A DNA stretch of 64,000 nt from Isurus oxyrinchus (Eukaryota), in assembly GCA_026770705.1 (NCBI GenBank), contig JANJGN010000017.1, positions 99,634,001 to 99,698,000 of the forward strand. Direction: 5' to 3'. Shown here in pieces: positions 59,745-64,000 of the stretch (positions are counted from its first letter, which is position 1; every line of letters begins with the position of its first letter). The notes under the pieces are model-generated. The model searched no databases and was not told the DNA's origin. It was given only the letters and a program-made list of their open reading frames with translations. The translations under genes were made by a program, and so were the position numbers.

Positions 59745-62700
59745 ACACCAGGGTCAGCCCCTTGGGGCGGACACCGGAGTCAGTGTCATGGGGCGGACAG
59801 CGGGGTCAGTGTCATAGGGCGGACGCCGGGGTCAGTGTCATGGGGCGGACAGTGGGGTCAGTGTCCTGGGGCGGACGCCGGGGTCAGTGTCATGGGGCAG
59901 ACGCCGGGGTCAGTATCCTGGGGCGGACACCGGGGTCAGTGTCCTGGGGCGGACACCGGGGTCAGTGTCCTGGGACGGATGCCGGGATCAGTGTCATGGG
60001 GCGGACAGCGGGGTCAGTGTCCTGGGGCGGACACCGGGGTCAGTGTCATGGGGCGGACACCGGGATCAGTGTCCTGGGGCAGACACCGGGGTCAGTGTCC
60101 TGGGACGGACGCCGGGGTCAGTGTCCTGGGGCAGACACCGGGGTCAGTGTCCTGGGACGGATGCCGGGATCAGTGTTATGGGGCGGACAGCGGGGTCAGT
60201 ATCCTGGTGTGGACGACGGGGTCAGTGTCCTGGGGCGGACGCTGGGGTCAGTGTCATGGGGCGGACACCGGGGTCAGTGTCCTGGGGCGGACACCGGGGT
60301 CAGTGTCCTGGGACGGATGCCGGGATCAGTGTTATGGGGCGGACAGCGGGGTCAGTATCCTGGTGTGGATGACGGGGTCAGTGTCCTGGGGCGGACGCCG
60401 GGGTCAGTGTCATGGGGCGGACACCGGGGTCAGTGTCATGGGGCGGACACCGGGGTCAGTGTCCTGGGGCGGACACTGGGGTCAGTGTCCTGGGACGGAT
60501 GCCGGGATCAGTGTTATGGGGCGGACAGCGGGGTCAGTATCCTGGTGTGGACGCCGGGGTCAGTGTCATGGGGCGGACACCAGGGTCAGTGTCATGGGGC
60601 GGACACCAGGGTCAGTGTCATGGGGCGGACACTGGGGTCAGTGTCCTGGGGCGGACACTGGGGTCAGTATCCTGGTGCAGACGACGGGGTCAGTGTCCTG
60701 GGGCAGACGACGGGGTCAGTGTCATGGGACGGATGCCGGGATCAGTGTCATGGGGCGGACACCAGGGTCAGTGTCATGGGGCGGACACCAGGGTCAGTGT
60801 CATGGGGCGAAAACCGGGGTCAGTGTCCTGGGGCGGACACCGGGGTCAGTGTCCTGGGGCGGACACCGGGGTCAGTGTCCTGGGGCGGACACCGGGGTCA
60901 GTGTCCTGGGACGGATGCCGGGATCAGTGTCATGGGGCAGACAGCGGGGTCAGTATCCTGGTGCAGACGACGGGGTCAGTGTCCTGGGACAGACGACGGG
61001 GTCAGTGTCATGGGGCGGACACTGGGGTCAGTGTCATGGGGCGGACACTGGGGTCAGTGTCATGGGGCGGACACTGGGGTCAGTATCCTGGTGCAGACGA
61101 CGGGGTCAGTGTCCTGGGGCAGACGACGGGGTCAGTGTCCTGGGGCAGACGACGGGGTCAGTGTCATGGGGCGGACAGCGGGGTCAGTGTCCTGGTGCGG
61201 ACGACGGGGTCAGTGTCCTGGGGCGGACACCGGGGTCAGTGTCCTGGGACGGACACCGGGGTCAGTGTCATGGGGCGGACAGCGGGGTCAGTATCCTGGG
61301 GCAGACACCGGGGTCAGTGTCCTGGGGCGGACACCGGGGTCAGTGTCCTGGGGCGGACGCCGGGATCAGTGTCATGGGGCAGACGACGGGGTCAGTGTCC
61401 TGGTGCGGACGCCAGGGTCAGTGTCATGGGGCGGACAGCGGGGTCAGTGTCCTGGGGCAGACGCCAGGGTCAGTGTCATGGGGTGGACAGCGGGGTCAGT
61501 GTCCTGCGGCAGACTCCGGGGTCAGTGTCCTGGGGCAGACATCAGGGTCAGTGTCCTGGGGCGGACATGGGGGTCAATGTCCTGGGGCACACGCCAGGTT
61601 CAGTGTCCCGAGGCGGACATGGGGGTCAATGTCCTGGGGCACACGCCAGGTTCAGTGTCCCGAGGCGGAAGCTGGGGTCAGTGTCCTGGGGCGGACATGG
61701 GGGTCAATGTCCTGGGGCACACGCCGGGTTCAGTGTCCCGAGGCGGAAGCTGGGGTCAGTGTCATGGGGCGGACACTGGGGTCAGTATCCTGGTGCAGAC
61801 GACGGGGTCAGTGTCATGGGGCGGACGCCGGGGTCAGTGTCATGGGGCGGACGCCGGGGTCAGTGTCATGGGGCGGACGCTGGGGTCAGTGTCCTGGGGC
61901 AGACACCAGGGTCAGTGTCATGGGGTGGATGTGGGGTCAGTGTCATTGGGCGGACAGGTGGGTCAGTATCCTGGGGCGGATGCCGGGGTCAGTGTCATGG
62001 GGCGGACAGCGGGGTCAGTGTCCTGGGGCGGACACTGGGGTCAGTGTCATGGGGTGGACAGCGGGGTCAGTGTCCTGGGGCGGACGCCGGGGTCAGTGTC
62101 CTGGGGCGGACGCCGAGGTCAGTGTCCTGGGGCGGACGCCGGGGTCAGTGTCCTGGTGCAGACGACGGGGTCAGTGTCATGGGGCAGACAGCGGGGTCAG
62201 TGTCCTGGTGCGGACGACGGGGTCAGTGTCTGGGGCGGACGCCGGGGTCAGTGTCATGGGGCGGATGCCGGGGGTGTCCTGGGGCGGACGCCGGGGTCAG
62301 TGTCCTGCGGCAGACTCCGGGGTCAGTGTCCTGGGGCAGACATCAGGGTCAGTGTCCTGGGGCGGACATGGGGGTCAATGTCCTGGGGCACACGCCAGGT
62401 TCAGTGTCCCGAGGCGGAAGCTGGGGTCAGTGTCCTGGGGCGGACATGGGGGTCAATGTCCTGGGGCACACGCCGGGTTCAGTGTCCCGAGGCGGAAGCT
62501 GGGGTCAGTGTCCTGGGGCGGACATGGGGGTCAATGTCCTGGGGCACACGCCTGAGTCAGTGTCCCGGGGCGGAAGCCGGGGTCAGTGTCTTGGGGCGGA
62601 CACCGGGGTCAGTGTCCTGGGGCGGACAGCGGGGTCAGTGTCCTGGTGCGGATGACGGGGTCAGTGTCTGGGGCGGACGCCGGGGTCAGTGTCATGGGGT

Positions 62701-63821
62701 GGACAGCGGGGTCAGTATCCTGGGGCGGATGCCGGGGTCAGTGTCCTGGGGCGGATGTTGGGGGTGTCCTGGGGCGGACGCCGGGGTCAGTGTCCTGCGG
62801 CAGACTCCGGGGTCAGTGTCCTGGGGCAGACATCGGGGTCAGTGTCCTGGGGCGGACATGGGAGTCAATGTCCTGGGGCACACGCCGGAGTCAGTGTCCC
62901 GGGGCGGAAGCCGGGGTCAGTGTCTTGGGGCGGACGCCGGGGTCAGTGTTCTGGGGCGGACAGCGGGGTCAGTGTCATGGGGCGGATGCCGGGGTCAGTG
63001 TCCTGGGGCGGATGTTGGGGTCAGTGTCCTGGGGCGGACATGGAGGTCAATGTCCTGGGGCACTCGCCGGGGTCAGTGTCCCGGGGCGGAAGCTGGGGTC
63101 AGTGTCCTGGGGCGGACATGGGGGTCAATGTCCTGGGGCACACGCCGGGGTCAGTGTCCTGGGGCTGATGCTGGGGGTGTCCTGGGGCGGACGCCGGGGT
63201 CAGTGTCCTGGGGCGGATGTTGGGGGTGTCCTGGGGCGGACGCCGGTGTCAGTGTCTTGGGGCGGATGTTGGGGGTGTCCTGCGGCAGACTCTGGGGTCA
63301 GTGTCCTGGGGCAGATACCGGGGTCAGTGTCCTGGGGCGGACATGGGGGTCAATGTCCTGGGGCACACGCCGGGGTCAGTGTCCCGGGGCGGAAGCCGGG
63401 GTCAGTGTCCTGGGGCGGACATGGGGGTCAATGTCCTGGGGCACACGCCGGGGTCAGTGTCCCGGGGCGGAAGCCGGGGTCAGTGTCCTGGGGCGGACAT
63501 GGGGGTCAATGTCCTGGGGCACACGCCGGGGTCAGTGTCCCGGGGCGGAAGCCGGGGTCAGTGTCTTGGGGCGGACGCCGGGGTCAGTGTCCTGGGGCGG
63601 ACATGGGGGTCAATGTCCTGGGGCACACGCCGGGGTCAGTGTCCCGGGGCGGAAGCCGGGGTCAGTGTCTTGGGGCGGACGCCGGGGTCAGTGTCCTGGG
63701 GCGGACATGGGGGTCAATGTCCTGGGGCACACGCCGGGGTCAGTGTCCCGGGGCGGAAGCCGGGGTCAGTGTCCTGGGACGGACATGGGGGTCAATGTCC
63801 TGGGGCGGACATGGGGGTCAG
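59745..63821 (+). repeat. 26-bp G-rich minisatellite, ~155 copies, with a distal 78-bp higher-order repeat
   Basis: Unit ggggtcagtgtc(c/a)tggggcggac(a/g)cc; period 26 (gtcagtgtc at 59831 and 59857). Confidence 0.98.
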
Positions 63822-64000
63822 CATTACTTCATTCTACACTAGCAAGTGACTATTTTATGATGTAGTTTGAAAGATAACCAGACTGCTTCAGAGGAGGATG
63901 GGCTGTGTGACAAGATGCTGGAATCCTAAATATTGCCTTGATATTAAAGCTGTTGGGGTATGGTGTGTGGCTTCAGATCTCCTTCGCTGGCAAGGACTAC

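Noticed and set aside
59738-63865. 1375-aa ORF and overlapping 906/747/418-aa ORFs
   Set aside because: All three plus frames give the same repeat peptide because the 26-bp unit has no stop codon and is not a multiple of 3. There are no domains or gene context.

Overview
Eukaryotic, repeat-dominated 64 kb with no intact protein-coding gene that I can identify. The repeat content suggests a cartilaginous fish (shark); this is inference from CR1/HER1-type LINEs, Deu-domain SINEs, tRNA-SINEs sharing a LINE tail and a 69-bp minisatellite. The window holds many 5'-truncated CR1/L2 LINE fragments, SINEs, two solo-LTR families, a Gypsy pol-PPT-LTR remnant, Penelope remnants, TIR MITEs, two oppositely oriented 69-bp arrays, a 4-kb G-rich 26-bp minisatellite whose long ORFs are artefacts, and a 594-N gap. 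Main results: (1) a family of short fold-back, Penelope-type retroelements with a minimal type I hammerhead ribozyme, near-intact at 45028-45066 on the minus strand, plus a second hammerhead type in Penelope pLTRs; (2) an orphan, disabled hexokinase (HK1/HK2-like) exon at 19985-20152 that the ORF track misses; (3) a 153-bp inverted templated insertion; (4) two LTRs fused in opposite orientation at a microhomology; (5) a decayed Gly/Ser/Ala codon-periodic tract. Repeat boundaries were placed by eye and are approximate unless a TSD or TIR is cited.
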